Notes under the pieces: model-generated
Told to the model about the DNA's origin: nothing
The model's database searches: none
The model's input: the letters and a program-made list of their open reading frames with translations, nothing else
Source: the human T2T-CHM13v2.0 reference genome, Homo sapiens
Length of the DNA: 64,000 nt
Reading direction: 5' to 3' (one strand)
NCBI RefSeq assembly: GCF_009914755.1
Contig: NC_060927.1
In this document: positions 40,993 to 54,755 of the stretch, one piece after another
Layout: the number at the start of each line of letters is the position of its first letter
Numbering within the stretch: position 1 is the stretch's first letter
Translations under genes and position numbers: made by a program

Positions 40993-41207
40993 CAGGGATT
41001 GGCAAACTTTTTCTGCAAGGCCAAAAAGGAAAAGCATGTTGGGCTTTTAGGGCCGTGTGGTCTCTGTTGCAACCACTCAACTTTGCCACGGAAGCAGGCA
41101 TGGATGACACACAAATGACTAAGCATGGCTGTGTTTCAGAGACTCATTTTTACAATAATAGGCTGAGGGCCAGATTTGGCCCATGGGCCACAGTTTGCCA
41201 ACCCATG
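40993..41207 (+). mobile_element. MER58A
   Basis: cagggattggcaaactttttctg...gggccagatttggcccatgggccacagtttgccaaccc. Confidence 0.88.
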
Positions 41208-42489
41208 ATCTAGTGTACAGTAGCTACACCACTGAGATGGATATGTTTTCTGATTTGCTAGAAGAAAACTGAATACCTTCTCCACCTTGGAAGGCAAGCC
41301 CAGCCAACTCCTCTTTCACTGGTAGCAAGCAGCAGATTCACAGTAATACCGTTTGCCAACCTCGTCCAACATTTTTTTTTTCTTGAGGTCAGAAGATTAC
41401 GTCTCAGTCTTAACATCATTTTCAAATGGTGGGCCCAATATTGAAGGGGACAGTGGAAATTCACCCCCCACCCCCCCAAAAAAAAGAAAAGAAAAATCCC
41501 TTTTGTATAAATAAATCAAATGTAAAAGATTTAAATGCAGTAAGATCTTTGGGGAGTTATAAAGAATTGGCCTTGTTTTTCAGTAAACACGATTGCATAA
41601 ATGCAACTGGCTTTAGCACATTAACAGACTGGGATGCCTCAAATTCTCAAGAACTTCTGAGCCAATTCCTACACGATGATTAAATATGCTGGACAGCCAT
41701 TCTGTAACTGGACTATTTTGCTCCACAGATTAGCCCACTCTCGCATTAGGGAGCACATTTATTGCTCAACTCTGAGTAAAGGCCATGCATCCCATTGCAA
41801 AGTCTCAACTTTTCCATCAGATGTTCCCATAAAAAATCTGAATACAGGAATTAAATCAACAGGAATTGCACTTTTTCTTCTCTTTCACTTTTCCTGGTAT
41901 GAGCAGGAAAGGGGCTTCTCGCAGTTGGCAGGGAACTCGGCAAAAGAGGTTTAAGAACTGGTTTTGTGAAGGTGCTGTAGCCAAGCAGTTTCATGTCCTC
42001 CACTTATTCAGGAGAATTTGGAGAAAATAAAAATGAGGTAAACCAGGCAACTGAGGAAAATGGTGTTTATCATGGGCATTCATTGAGTGATTACCATATG
42101 CAAGGTGCCATGTGCTCAAGCCTTCATGAGGAGTATCTACGTTCATCTCCCCACATTTCTACATGTGTTATGAAGGAGAACCAATATAGAGAGGAAGAAA
42201 CCGAGGCACAGTGAGATCAAAGATCACAGAGCTAGTGGAGACAGTGCATGGATTTGAACCCTTAGACCTCAGAACCTAACTTAATCTGCATTAAACAGAA
42301 CTCAAGTATTGTTCAGTAGTTTTGCAGTGCCCTCTCAAACCTATGCTAAGAGCAGAAGCCTCCAGTCTCCCCTTCTGCCCCAACCCAGGCAGGGTTAAGT
42401 GCCCCGTGCTCCCAGAAGCCACTTGACCTCAGCATGCCCTCTACACTGCACTGTCTACTCCTCTGCCTTGCTATCCAATGGATAAACTA

Positions 42490-42744
42490 TGGCACCTCCG
42501 CCTGTGCACTATGAACCTTTGGGGCCAGGACATGCTTTGTTGAAGGGGGCTCTCTTATGCGTTACAGGATGTTTAGCAGCCTCCCTGGCCTCTACCCAGT
42601 AGATGCCAGCAGAAACCCTCTGTCCACCCCACCACCCTCTAGTTGTAACAAGCAAATGTATCTCCAGACATTTGCCAAATGTCCCCGGTGTGGGGTAGGG
42701 GGTGGGCACGGTGGAGGCAAAATTGCCCCTGGTTGGAATCACTG
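42490..42744 (-). mobile_element. MER20
   Basis: ggatgtttagcagcctccctggcctctacccagtagatgccag...tctccagacatttgccaaatgtcccc...ggttggaatcactg. Confidence 0.85.
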
Positions 42745-42829
42745 CTATAAAACCTTTGAGGACAGGATAACTGTCTATGTCATTGTTTCTTTACCACCTA
42801 ACAAAGGAGATGGCACACAGTACTCCTTC

Positions 42830-43455
42830 GTACTTTATCCCCAGAATAGCTCTCAGCTCTATCCTGTGCATCATCACTGCCACCGTTCTAGTGCCAGCCG
42901 CCTTCGTCTTTCGTCTGGTCTAGCAGAGGAGCCTCCTAACTGATTTCCCGGTACCCTCCCTGGTGACCCATCCATTCTGCTGAGATACAAGAGAGTTTTC
43001 AAAGCCCAATCTATTCATTCTACTATCCTCCTTAAGGCTTTCCACTGGTTTTCCACTGCTCGTCAGACAAGACTTCTCGACATGACCTATGGAGCCCTCA
43101 ATGGTCTGCCAATCTCTGCAGCCTCATCCTCTCACTACCTGTGCTACAGTTCCTTGAAAGGTCCAGATGCCACTGCCCTTTGGCCTTTGCATATGCCGTT
43201 CCACATCTGTGGAAAGCCATTTTCCCTCCATTTCCCTGTCCTGCCTATGGACCTCAGCACAGGTGTTGCTTCTTCCTGGTCTAAAGCAGGTTCCTTTGTT
43301 CAAGGTCCCCGTGGAACCAAGTTTCATTCTTTCCTAGCCTTCCTCAACATGACCATTTATCATAAAAGAGGGAAGCCACCCTGTCTACTTTTCTTCACTA
43401 CTGTAATTTCAGTGCCTGGGCCCTGGTGAGTACTCAATGAATATTTATTGACTAC
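42830..43455 (+). mobile_element. L2
   Basis: gcctcctaactgatttccc...gagtactcaatgaatatttattga. Confidence 0.65.
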
Positions 43456-43529
43456 ACATGCATAATCAGTAACTTAACCGAGAGACACCCTCTCACAATA
43501 TAGAGGTTTTGCCAATGAGGTGCCCTGAA

Positions 43530-43795
43530 GGAAAATGGCTCAGTATATGAATTCTGGAATCAAACTGCTTGGGTTCAATTCCAGCTCTGGTACTTAATAG
43601 CTGCGAGACCTTGGATAGAACACTTACCCTCCCTGTCCCTCAGTTTCCTCACTTGTAAAATGAGAAAAACAGTAACTACTCTCATGGCATCCCGGTCTAT
43701 AAAGTACCTGAAAATGTATAAAGTCTTCATTCCATGCTTGGGACATGAAAAGTGCTATATAAGAATTTGCTGCTATTATTATTGTTATTATTACT
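43530..43795 (+). mobile_element. MIR, near full length
   Basis: gggttcaattccagctctggtacttaatagctgcgagaccttgg...cctcagtttcctcacttgtaaaatg. Confidence 0.8.
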
Positions 43796-44953
43796 AGTAA
43801 TATTTTTATTTACACATGATGGGTAAGGTAATGGGTTCATTTTTTTCTGATCTCAGCACAGGTGATAACAGCAGACACAACTGATTTCTTCCAAGTCCTG
43901 TGGGAGGAGATCCATTTTCACATTCTACAGACTCCCATGTCATCCCTAAGGTCCTTATAGGGCTGAAAGCAGCTTTACAAATGGTCCCTTGATCAAGTTC
44001 CATAGAACCAACTCCTGAGTTCATGACAATAGTCCTGCTCCATCAGCTGTGCACCTCTGGAGCAGAGTGGAGGGTGATAAGGGACTCTCAGAACCTTTGA
44101 CAGTAGACTAATAAAAGATTGGGCTTGTTTGCAATGCTGATTAAAATCCAGCCTCCTTGGAAAGTCAAATCTATTCTGTGGAACTTTTCCATTCAGAAAC
44201 TATGGAAACGCAAGTCAAAGTTGTTTTTAGTCTCTTCTTCATTCAACAGATATTCCCAAAATGCAACTTTGGTGCCAGGAGAAGAGATTGGCAGCTACCA
44301 TTTATTATAGGAGCCTGAGCCATTGATCACATTTTGATGAGTGGCTTTTACTAATCTCTTATATACTTACAAGGATTCACCATGTTATTATAGGGCTCCT
44401 CCGGTTCACTGAAAGCATATTTCAGAGAAACTCAAGTCCTTTTACTCCTTGCATTCATGTGCAGAATCACCATTCTCAAAGCATAATTTCTGATTCCAAA
44501 TATAACTGCAGGTCAAATTCCATTATGAAAAACTTCTGATGCATATCTAGGCATAAGATATTGTTGCCTGCAATGAGCAGACCATTGTTTGGCTGAGATT
44601 TGGAAACCCTGTTGTCATGTAAAGATTCTATTGTGTTAGGATTTGTTGTAATGGGATTTAGCCTATAGCTGAACTGGAAATTAGCAAATGGACACTTTTA
44701 TTTCGTGAATCCTGGTGCCAGAAGTTACTGGTATAAGAACCAGCTTTCTCCTAATGAGGCAATTAATACCTCAACGGGGTCCTTCTAAAACACATTTTAC
44801 TACTTTACTCCTCAGAAGGTAGGATAAGTAATAAAATATCAAAAGATGGCGAGATAAACATTAGGGTAACGGGGATTAAGGTTGCTGACAAGAGGTCATT
44901 TTTATTCTCCCTTTATGTAATGAGAAAGAGTAGATCACAACTCCAAATACTTC

Positions 44954-45254
44954 TTTTTTGTTTGTTTGTTTTTGAGATGGAGTCTCACTCTGTTGCCCAG
45001 GCTGGAGTGCAGTGGCCTGATCTAGGCTCACTGCACGCTCCTCCTCCCAGGAATACACCATTCTCCTGCTTCAGCCTCCTGAGTAGCTGGGACTACAGGC
45101 ACCTGCCACCAGGCCCGGCTAATTTTTTGCATTTTCAGTAGAGACAGGGTTTCACCGTCTTAGCCAGGATGGTCTCTATCTCCTGACCTCGTGATCCACC
45201 CGCCTCAGCCTCCCAAAGTGGTGGGATTACAGGCATGAGCCACCATGCCCGGCC
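44954..45254 (-). mobile_element. AluY
   Basis: acaccattctcctgc..., ccgtcttagccaggatggtctc; near-TSD caaa..acttctttt. Confidence 0.93.
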
Positions 45255-47153
45255 TCAAAACACTTCTTTTTAAAAAAGCACTACGAGCACTCAGATTCTC
45301 CTTGTACAGCATGACTTCCATCACGCTCTGATCTTACCCAACTAAGGAGCATGCATGCTATAGTTTAGGATGCCAAGTCCTTTGGCTAGCAAACCCAGAA
45401 AGGTGAGTCATCCTGCTACAACTCATTGGAAAGAGAAAAATTTTCAAAAGGAGCAGCTGAAAAACTAGGCTTTCAAATGCAAAGAAAGGCTTTGCCATTC
45501 AAGTTGATACCTGGTATAGATGTTATGTGTCAAATGACATAAAACTGCTTTCTAGTCCACAGGCTATCCAAAAAGTTTACACACTTCAGCAGGGTGGTGG
45601 GGGGATAGCATATTCATCATCCTCTTTTCAGATCAACAATTGGCCTCACTGCTTTCAATTTAGGGTTACTTCATCTAAAAAGATGTCAGGAAGGTACAGA
45701 AAAACATATTTTAAAATATAATTAACACACAGTTTTAAAATTAGTTTATCTTGTTTCCCAAATATTCAGACACTCTATACATATTTAGGCCCTTTTAAAA
45801 TAAAGAAGGACAAAGAATGAACCATAAAGAAAAATACTTCCAACACTAGTATGAGAAAGAATATATAAGCTCTCAAGATTAAAAGATAAATACACTATGC
45901 TAGCTATCAACATATACCTTTTGAGCTAGTAAGTATACTTCAATAGATTTAATGGCCCAATTGGCTTATATACACAGAGAACTGTGTCCAGTAATAAGTC
46001 CTGGACCACTATTGGAAGCAGTGAAAGCTTGGGGGGAAAATAACCTTAATGTTCATCAACAATAAATCAAGATTTTTCCAGACAAAAGGAACACTATACA
46101 TTCATGAAAAATTAACTCACAGAAAAATGTTACTTGAAGTGGTAAGCACATACTGGCTATAAATGTCCTCTTGATGATCTTGAACCATTAGGGAAAATAT
46201 TAAAACATTTCTTGAGTTCTTTTACACAAATTACTTACAATCCTATAGCCTTCTGCCTTCATTCAAAACTAGGTCTTCAGAGTACTTATTAAGGATTTAC
46301 TAAAATCTGTGCTCATAACTTAAAATTGGATTGCCTGAGGAAGCAATTCCAGAATGACAGAGTGAATACCTCCCAAAATGCATTCCCCTATAAAAGCAAC
46401 AGGAACACTGGCAAAATTGTCAAAATTAACTTTTTCAGAACTTGGGAAATTAAAGGCTTGCAACAAGCAGAGGATCATTTATTTGAGAAAAACAGCTGAA
46501 TCTCAGCAAGAATAGCAAGCTTTGTGGCATTTTAACTTGCACTATTTTCATCCTCCTCTCCTCAGCTCTGCAACAGCCCTGAAAACCAGCAGTCTGGCAA
46601 GAATGGTAGCTGTAAAAACAAGGAATGGAAAAGAAAAGGAAAAAAAACAGTAGTCTAGCAACCCCTGGAAGGGGACAGAATGGGCTTAGAGCACCCAGAG
46701 AGTCCCATCCCCAGATAATTGTCACTATTAGACTAGTTTGGCAGTTCCCTGGAACTGCCCCATGAGCAGGGCTTACTTCAGTTGACCTGAATCAGAGCAG
46801 CTCAGGAGGAACAGCTCTATTCCCAGGTGTTTGTTGAAAACAATTAGCGGCAGTTGTTTATCATTGCAGGTACCTGAGGCAACAATACCATTTGGGGGAA
46901 AACACCAGGCTGGCCAAATTAAAAAAAAAAAAAGAACTTAAAAGTCTAGAGAATGAGATGAGTATAGAGAGCTTTGTAAAGTTCCAATATACTCCTGGGG
47001 ACTTAGAAAGTCAAGAGTATGCAAAAGACTGTGCACATGCCTGTCGAAAGACTTAAGGTTCAAATCACTCACTTCTATCTGACCTGCACAAGCAGGAAGT
47101 GAAAGCCAATGCAGAGTGTAAACTGCCTGAGCTGAGTACTGAAGATGTACACC

Positions 47154-47182
47154 AACACACACACACACATACACACACACAC
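47154..47182 (+). repeat. (CA)n microsatellite, one interruption
   Basis: acacacacacacacatacacacacacaca. Confidence 0.9.
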
Positions 47183-47552
47183 AGCCCACTGGCAAAAGGA
47201 AGACTCACTTGTCTTATATATTTAAGAATATATCTGTCCAATTATTAGCTGACCACTAAGGCAAATGATCAGAGACCTCAATGGACATATATGACAAAGA
47301 ATACACACATAATAGAATTCATCCAAGAAAGTCACTAAACAAACAGACAACAAAAGCATAACAAACCCTTGGGTGCGGAGTAGATATGGTTTCCAGGGCT
47401 GTAATATTATACTTTTTCCAACATCTAGATTTCATTCCAAATAATGAGACAGGAAAACAAATAGAAAAGTATGGCCAATACACAAGGAAAAAAAGCATTC
47501 AACATAAAGCATACCTGAGGAAGCACAAATGTTGGATTTATAAGACCAAGTC

Positions 47553-48357
47553 TTTATTTTAATTTTTTTAACTTTTAAATTCAGGGCTACATGTGTAGGT
47601 TTGTTACATTGGTAAATTTGTGTTATGGAGGTTTGCTGTACAGATTATTTTGTCACCCAGGTACTAAGCCTAGTATCCATTAGTTATTCTTCCTTATCCT
47701 CTCCCTCCTCCCACCCTTTACCCTCAGGTAGGCCCCAGTGTGTGTCATTCCCTTATATGTGTCCATGTGTTCTCATCATTTAGTTTCCACTGATAAATGG
47801 GAACATGTGGTATTTGGTTTTCTGTTCCTACGCTAGTTTGCTGAGGATAATGGCCTCCAGCTCCATCCACATCCCTGCAAAGTACATGATCTCATTCCTT
47901 TTTAATGGCTGCTCAGTATTCCATAGTATATATGTACCACATTTTCTTTATCTAGTCTATCACTGATGGGCATTTAGGTTGGTTCCATGCCTTTGCTATT
48001 ATGAATAGTGCTGCAATGAACATACATATGCATGTGTCTTTATGATAGAATGATTTATATTCCTTTGAATATATACCCAGTAATGGGATTCCTGGGTCCA
48101 ATGATATGTCTGTCTTTAGGTTTTTGAGGAATTGCTACATTGTCTTCCAAATGGTTGAACTAATTTACACTCCCACCAACAGTGTGTAAGTGTTTCTTTT
48201 TCACAAGAACCTTGCCAGCATACATTATTTTTTGACCTTTCAGTATTAGCCATTCTGACTGGTGTTAGAGGGTATCTCACCGTGGTTTTGATTTGCATTT
48301 CTCTAATGATAAGTGATGTTTGTGTTTTTTTTTTCATATGATTGTTGGCCACATGTA
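47553..48357 (-). mobile_element. 5'-truncated L1PA (about PA10-13)
   Basis: tacatgtgtaggtttgttacat...cagattattttgtcacccaggtactaagcctag...gataatggcctccagctccatccac. Confidence 0.88.
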
Positions 48358-49591
48358 CAGGACAAAGACTGTAAATCAACTACTATAAATATGTTCAAAG
48401 AACTAAAGAAAACGACATCTAAAGAACTAAAGGAAAGTTCTCATGAACTCATTGTTTTCATGAACAATGAAATAGATGCAGAATATAAATGAAAAGATAA
48501 AAAGTGTAAAAAACAAAACAAACAAGCAAAAAACCCCAAATAAATTAAAACTCTTAAGCTGAAAGCATAATAACAGAAAGAAAAATGATACCAGAGGGTT
48601 GAAGAACAAATTTGAGCTGGCAAGCCGGAGACAGACCAATTGAGATGATCTAGTCTGAGGAACAAGAAGAAGAAAAAAATATAGAAAAATGAACAAAGCC
48701 TCAGAGACATGCAGGACACTATTCAGTATATCAGCACATACATAAGGGGAATCCCAGAAGGAGAGGTGAGAAAGAAAGGAGCAGAAAGAATACATGAAGA
48801 AGTAATGGCCAAGAACTTCCCAAATTTAATGAGGAATATTAATTAATCTACACATCCAAGTAGCTCAACAAAACCCAAATGGAATAGATTAAAAAATATC
48901 TACTTCTAGGCACACCATAAACTGTCAAAAGGCAAAGACAAGGACGGAAATGTGAAAGCAGCAAGAAAAAAGTGACTCATCATGTGCAAGGGATCCTCTA
49001 TAATATGAAGAGTTTATTTCTTATCTTATATCATGAAGGCCAGAAAGTAGTGGGATGGCATTTTCAAAGTGCTGAAGGAATAGACTGTCAACCAAGAATC
49101 CAGCAAAACTATCCTTACAAACAAAGAAGAAATTAGGACATCCCCAGATAAACCAATATTGAGATAATTTATTGCTAGCAGATATGCCCTATAAGATGTA
49201 CTGAAATTCACATGCAAAAGAATGAAATTGAGTTCTTTCCTTATACTACATAAAAAATTAACTCAAAATGAATTAGAGACCTAAATGTAAGAGCTGAAAC
49301 TATAAAACTCTTAGAAGAAAACATAGGAGTGAGTCTTCATGACCTCACATTAGACAACAGTTTCTTAGATATAAAATCAAAATCATAAACAAAAGAAAAA
49401 ATAGACAAATTGGACTTCATCAAAGTTAAAAAACTTTTGTGTTTCAAGAAAGTAAAAAAAACAACCAAAGAAGAGGAGAAAAATATTGGTAAATCATATA
49501 TTCGATAAGAGACTTGTATCTAGAATATAAAAAGAACTCTTACAACTAAACAACAAAAAGAAAAATAATCCAATTAAAAATGGCAACAGAC

Positions 49592-49890
<299 letters not shown>

Positions 49891-50769
49891 GGCAAAGATT
49901 TTAATGAGTATTTCTGCAAACGAGATATACAATTGGCCAATAAACATATGAAAAGATGTAAAACATCATTAGTCATTAAGGAAGCATAAATAAAAACCAT
50001 GAGATACCACTTTATACATACTGGCATGCAATAATGAAAAGACAAGTGTTGTTAAGGATATGGAAAAATGTGAACCCTCAGACATTCTTGGTGGAATTGT
50101 AAAATGGTACAACTGCTTTGGAAACCATTTGACAGGTCCTCAAAATGTTAAATCTGTAGTTACCATGTGACCCAGCAATTTCATTCCTAAGCATATACCC
50201 AAGAGAAATGAAAATATACATATACACAAAAACTTGGACATGATATTAACAGCAGCATCTTTACAACAGCCAAAAGGTAAAAGCAATCCTAATGTCCATC
50301 AGCTGATAAATGGATAAACAAAATGTTGTATATCCATACAAGAGAATATTTTTCAGCAATAAAAAGAAATGAAATACTGATACCTGCTACAACATGGATG
50401 ATCCTCTAAAACATTATGTTAAGGAAAAGAAGGCAGCCACAAAGAGACACATGTTGTATCATTCCATTTATATGAAATGCCCAGAATAGGCAAATCCAGA
50501 GTCAGGAAGTGGGTTAGTGGTTAGCATGGGACAATGGGGGAATGACTGTTATTAGACACAAAGTTTCTTCTGAGGTGATGAAAATATTTTGGAATTGGAT
50601 ACTGGTGTTGGTTGCACAACTCTGTGAATATACTAGAATCCACTAAATTGTACATTTTAAAAGGGAGAATTTTATGCCATGTGAATCAAAGCTCAACAAA
50701 GCTGTTTGAAAAAAAAAAAAAAAAGCTGGTAGAAATGAGGGAAAAAAAAAAAACAAACATTGCCTGGAT

Positions 50770-50950
50770 CCTGCAGCCAGACTACTGGATTAAATCCCGG
50801 CTGTGTGACCTTTGTAAATTATTTAACCACTGTGTGGTTAACTGTGTGACCTTTGCAAATTATTTAACTACTTTGTGCCTCAGTTTCCTCATCTGTAAAG
50901 TAGACATAATGATAGTACCTACTTTAAGGAGTTGTGGATATTAAATCAAT
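50770..50950 (+). mobile_element. MIR with internal 36-bp duplication
   Basis: ctgtgtgacctttg twice, then gcctcagtttcctcatctgtaaa. Confidence 0.8.
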
Positions 50951-51804
50951 TAGCTATTTTTTTTATTATGGGGGGTTGTTTTCAGGCTTTCTCTGCCCTT
51001 ATGAGAAAGAAGCAAGGGGGGGAAACGATGAAGCAGGTATGTCTAGAATTGAAAGAGAATGAAGCTGAGGATATCACCCATGAGTACCTCTAATTTTTTA
51101 TGCTGAGGGAAGGAATGGAGTGGGAAAGAAGGACCCATTTGAAGACTCGGCATGGCAAAGCTGACAAGTAGAAGAGAGGACCAGCTAAAATAGGAAACCA
51201 CATATGTGTAGGAATGTCGTCCACATGGCTGAGAGTCTTCCCTTAGAAAACATGGCAACACAGGATCAATAGCATAAAACAGATGGCAGGACTTTTCCAG
51301 GGCTGTTGATTGATTGGGGCTGTGGGCAAAGAAAAATGGAGTGAGAGAAAATGAATATGCCCAGAAATGTCACTGAGGGATTGGCAATGGAGTTGCAGCT
51401 GAGAAGAGAGGAAAACTGTGTTAATGGAGCCAAGAATCAAACAATTCCATCAAATTTCTCAACAGAGATGGTTAGTCTGAAACAAAACTTAGCTACACAG
51501 TAGGAAAAAACTATGATTCTTTAGCCTGGAAATGAGAAAAATCAACCATGATATGTGTTAACTGTTTCATTGATTTTATTTCTTTCAACATTTTCTCCCA
51601 GATCCTACCACTGGCAGATTTTCCGGTTGGAAACTGATTTTATTGCCAGGCTCACAGTTGATGTAGATTTTAGTGGAGGTGATCTGTTTTAAACAGATCT
51701 TATTAAAGAGAAGTCTTCAGTAAAAATGAAAAAATACCCATGAACTTATTTAGCACTTTTGCCCAAAACCCAAAGTAATTTAATACAATTTATCCCATAT
51801 ATTC

Positions 51805-52095
51805 CCTAGGGCAGCATGTGCTGCATCATCATTTGCAGATTTGGTATTCCTTGAAGAAAAAAAAATGTTTCTAGTAAAAATTATATTTTAAAAATCAGTA
51901 CAAACTATTTCCCTTGTTAGATATCTACAATGAGCATTAGCATATTAAAGGCTCTGAGAAGACCTGCAGTGAAGATAACTATTATATTTCTTTCCCAAAT
52001 TCATTTCACCATAGAATCCTCTCTGCCAGAGAGCCTTTTTTAACATGATTCAAAACTGGAGGCCTGTGAAACATACTTTGAGGAATATTACTCTA
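51805..52095. mobile_element. MER103C
   Basis: cattagcatattaaaggctctgagaagacctgcagtgaaga. Confidence 0.75.
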
Positions 52096-52738
52096 TGAAA
52101 AGGCAGCGTTATCTATCATGAACAGATTGGCAACTAGAATCACAAAGAGGAGAAGCTACCTCTTACAGTAGAGTAAGGGAAAGACTTCATAGAGACATCC
52201 AGTTTTGATCCTTTTTGTTTTGCCAACTCAGTGAATTTCCTCAGGCACAACTCACGTGAAATGTACTTACAACTACCCACCAGACAAAGATCTACAAAAA
52301 CATTTCCCTCAATGACATCAAAGCAAACCTATGTAACAGGTTACCAAGGGGTCTTGGGTACATGGAGGTATAAATATGGAATGACATCATTTTCACCAAT
52401 CTCAGCATTCAACTGTGCTGTGTCAAACTCCCCTGTCCTGTTGGGTGGACAGCTGTCTCAACAAACATCTTAATTCAAGTCTATAATTTTTCAGTAACTT
52501 CCAACTATTGGAAGTAGCTCATTCTGGTTTTTCAAAGCTAAGCCCTGATCTTTGTAAAACTTCTATTTTGTACTTTGATCAACGTTCTTTCCTCCATCCC
52601 ACCATTATGAGTGGCCCAAAAGCTTGGAGTAGAATCTGGTCTTCCTTCATGAATACCCCTGAAATTCCTGCTTCCTGCTCTGATCCTAGGGACAAGGAAG
52701 ATGATAGGAAAGATAAGATGTGCCTCTTTTTTGGCCTT

Positions 52739-53485
52739 TGTGGCAGATTAGATGATTGATCAACAATATACATTCTCGGCCAGGCATGTTGGCTCATGCC
52801 TGTAATCCCAGCAGTTTGGGAGGCCAAGATGGTCGGATCACTTGAGACCAGGAGTTCAAGACCAGCCTAGCCAACATGGTAAAACCCCATCTTTACTAAA
52901 AACACAAAAATTAGCTGGGTGTGGTGGCACACACCTGTAATCCCAGCTACTCAGGAGGCTGAGGACCGAGAATCACTTGAACCCAGGAGGTAGAGGTTGC
53001 AGTGAGCGGAGATCACACCACTGCACTCCAGCCTGGGTGACAGAGCGAGATTCTGTCTAAAAAAAAAAGAATGTTCACTCTCTGCAAGATACCTCCTTAG
53101 GAAGATTACCCTCTCCCTCACTGATGTTGGGCTTGGACATGTGACTCATTTTGGCTAACAGGATGTTAGTAGCCCTGATAGAAGCCGAGTCCTAGAGCAC
53201 ACATCAGCATTGCACGTTGCTCTCTGTTACTTCATTCCCTGACGTGAGGAAAAATTTCCCCAGGTAGTTGCTGTTCTTGCAGCCTGGGTACCAGATTAAA
53301 CACAAAGGAGCAGATGAGAGGCCAACCCACATGAACAAAAATAGCTCAATTCACACCTTAAGACAGAGCCCCTCGGCCAATCCATCCTAGAGAAGCTGAC
53401 ATGAAAAGGAAGAAAGGATCACCATTACAGGTCACTTAGGAGTGGATTGTTATGCTGTATTATTATAGAAAAAGCTAACCCACAT
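52739..53485 (+). mobile_element. MLT1 (H/I-type) LTR interrupted by AluS
   Basis: tgtggcagatt...gggcttggacatgtgactcattttggctaacagg...ttgttatgctgtattatt. Confidence 0.65.
52778..53068 (+). mobile_element. AluSz/Sx
   Basis: Full dimer; ggatcacttgagaccaggagttcaagaccagcct. Confidence 0.95.
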
Positions 53486-54580
53486 TCGAATTACACTTAA
53501 AACAGGGATACCTAACATGATTCTTTTTTGTGCATTTGGTGTGAATAGATGGCACCCAGCTGCCCTAGTCATTGGTGGTCCTCTTGAGAGATGTCAGCCA
53601 CATTTCCCGGCTGACGCCCAGCTGGTGGTCACGGGCCGTTCCTCTAATGCATGTGCATCCTGCCCTATGCAGCATTCCCCAACAAGTCTATGGCCTCTAC
53701 CGCATCTACATGCTCTGTTTTCCAACTCCAGTGCCTGTAGGCAGAAGGGGGCAATGTCTATACTCTCCAGAACCAGAGGGCACCTTGGCCCCATTTGTGC
53801 CTGGCCATCCACTGTTCAGCTATCATCTGCTGTTTTGCCACATCTTTTTGCATGGAACTATAGTTCCATCAGGTTGAAATCCTCAGGCCCTGACTTGACT
53901 GGGGGTGGAGAGGAATGATTGACAGTTGGGACATGTGCAGACTTTACCAAGAACCCTCATTACAAACAACACTCCTCCTTCGGCTCTGGGAAGATACAGT
54001 GTTATTATCACTGTAATTTACTTAAAAAATATATCTGCATAATCATTATGATATCATGTATATGTCAGTTAGGTTAGCCTTGATTTTAGGGGTTGTCAGC
54101 TAACATGTTACACAGACCTGGCAAGGTCAGTTAGCATCCCACTGGTAAGGGCTACAATCCAGGGACAGCCACCATATGCACACTTCCCTTAGCCTAGCTT
54201 CATCAATGACCAGCTGTTCTTAATTAGCATCAGGGAAGCTAAAACAGGTTCTTATTGGTGAAACTGACTTCTTAATTAGCATGATGGATGTTAGGGATAC
54301 GGTCTCTCTGGTGAATTGCAAGGTATTTAGGATGTGTGAAGGGCTCAAATAGTTTGGAGACACCTCCCACCCTTGCATGAACTGGAAATAAGAATCTACA
54401 TGAGCCAGTACCTTGCACCCCTTATTATGACACCCATGACTTAATCCCCAACACTATGTCCAGCTAAAACCAGTTGGTTCAGGAGGTTCTCCGACTGAAG
54501 AGTCCTGAGTAGAGGACTGAGATGTTGCTGGGTTGGCCTTAAATGAACCCTTCCTACAGGGTGTGGTTGCAGCCTCTGAA

Positions 54581-54755
54581 ACACTAGTTCTCAACCTTGG
54601 CTGAATATGAGCATGGCATGCAGAGCTTTTAGATGAACAGCCAGGCCTCACCCAGACAGGTGACGTGGGAATCTCTCAAAGTGGGACCGGTATCGGTGTC
54701 TTTTTAAAGCTCCCCTGACGATTCCAGCGTGCAGCCAGGGATGAGCATCACTACT
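54581..54755. mobile_element. MER5A/B
   Basis: tagttctcaaccttggctg...ttttaaagctcccctgacgattccagcgtgcagccagggatgag. Confidence 0.65.
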
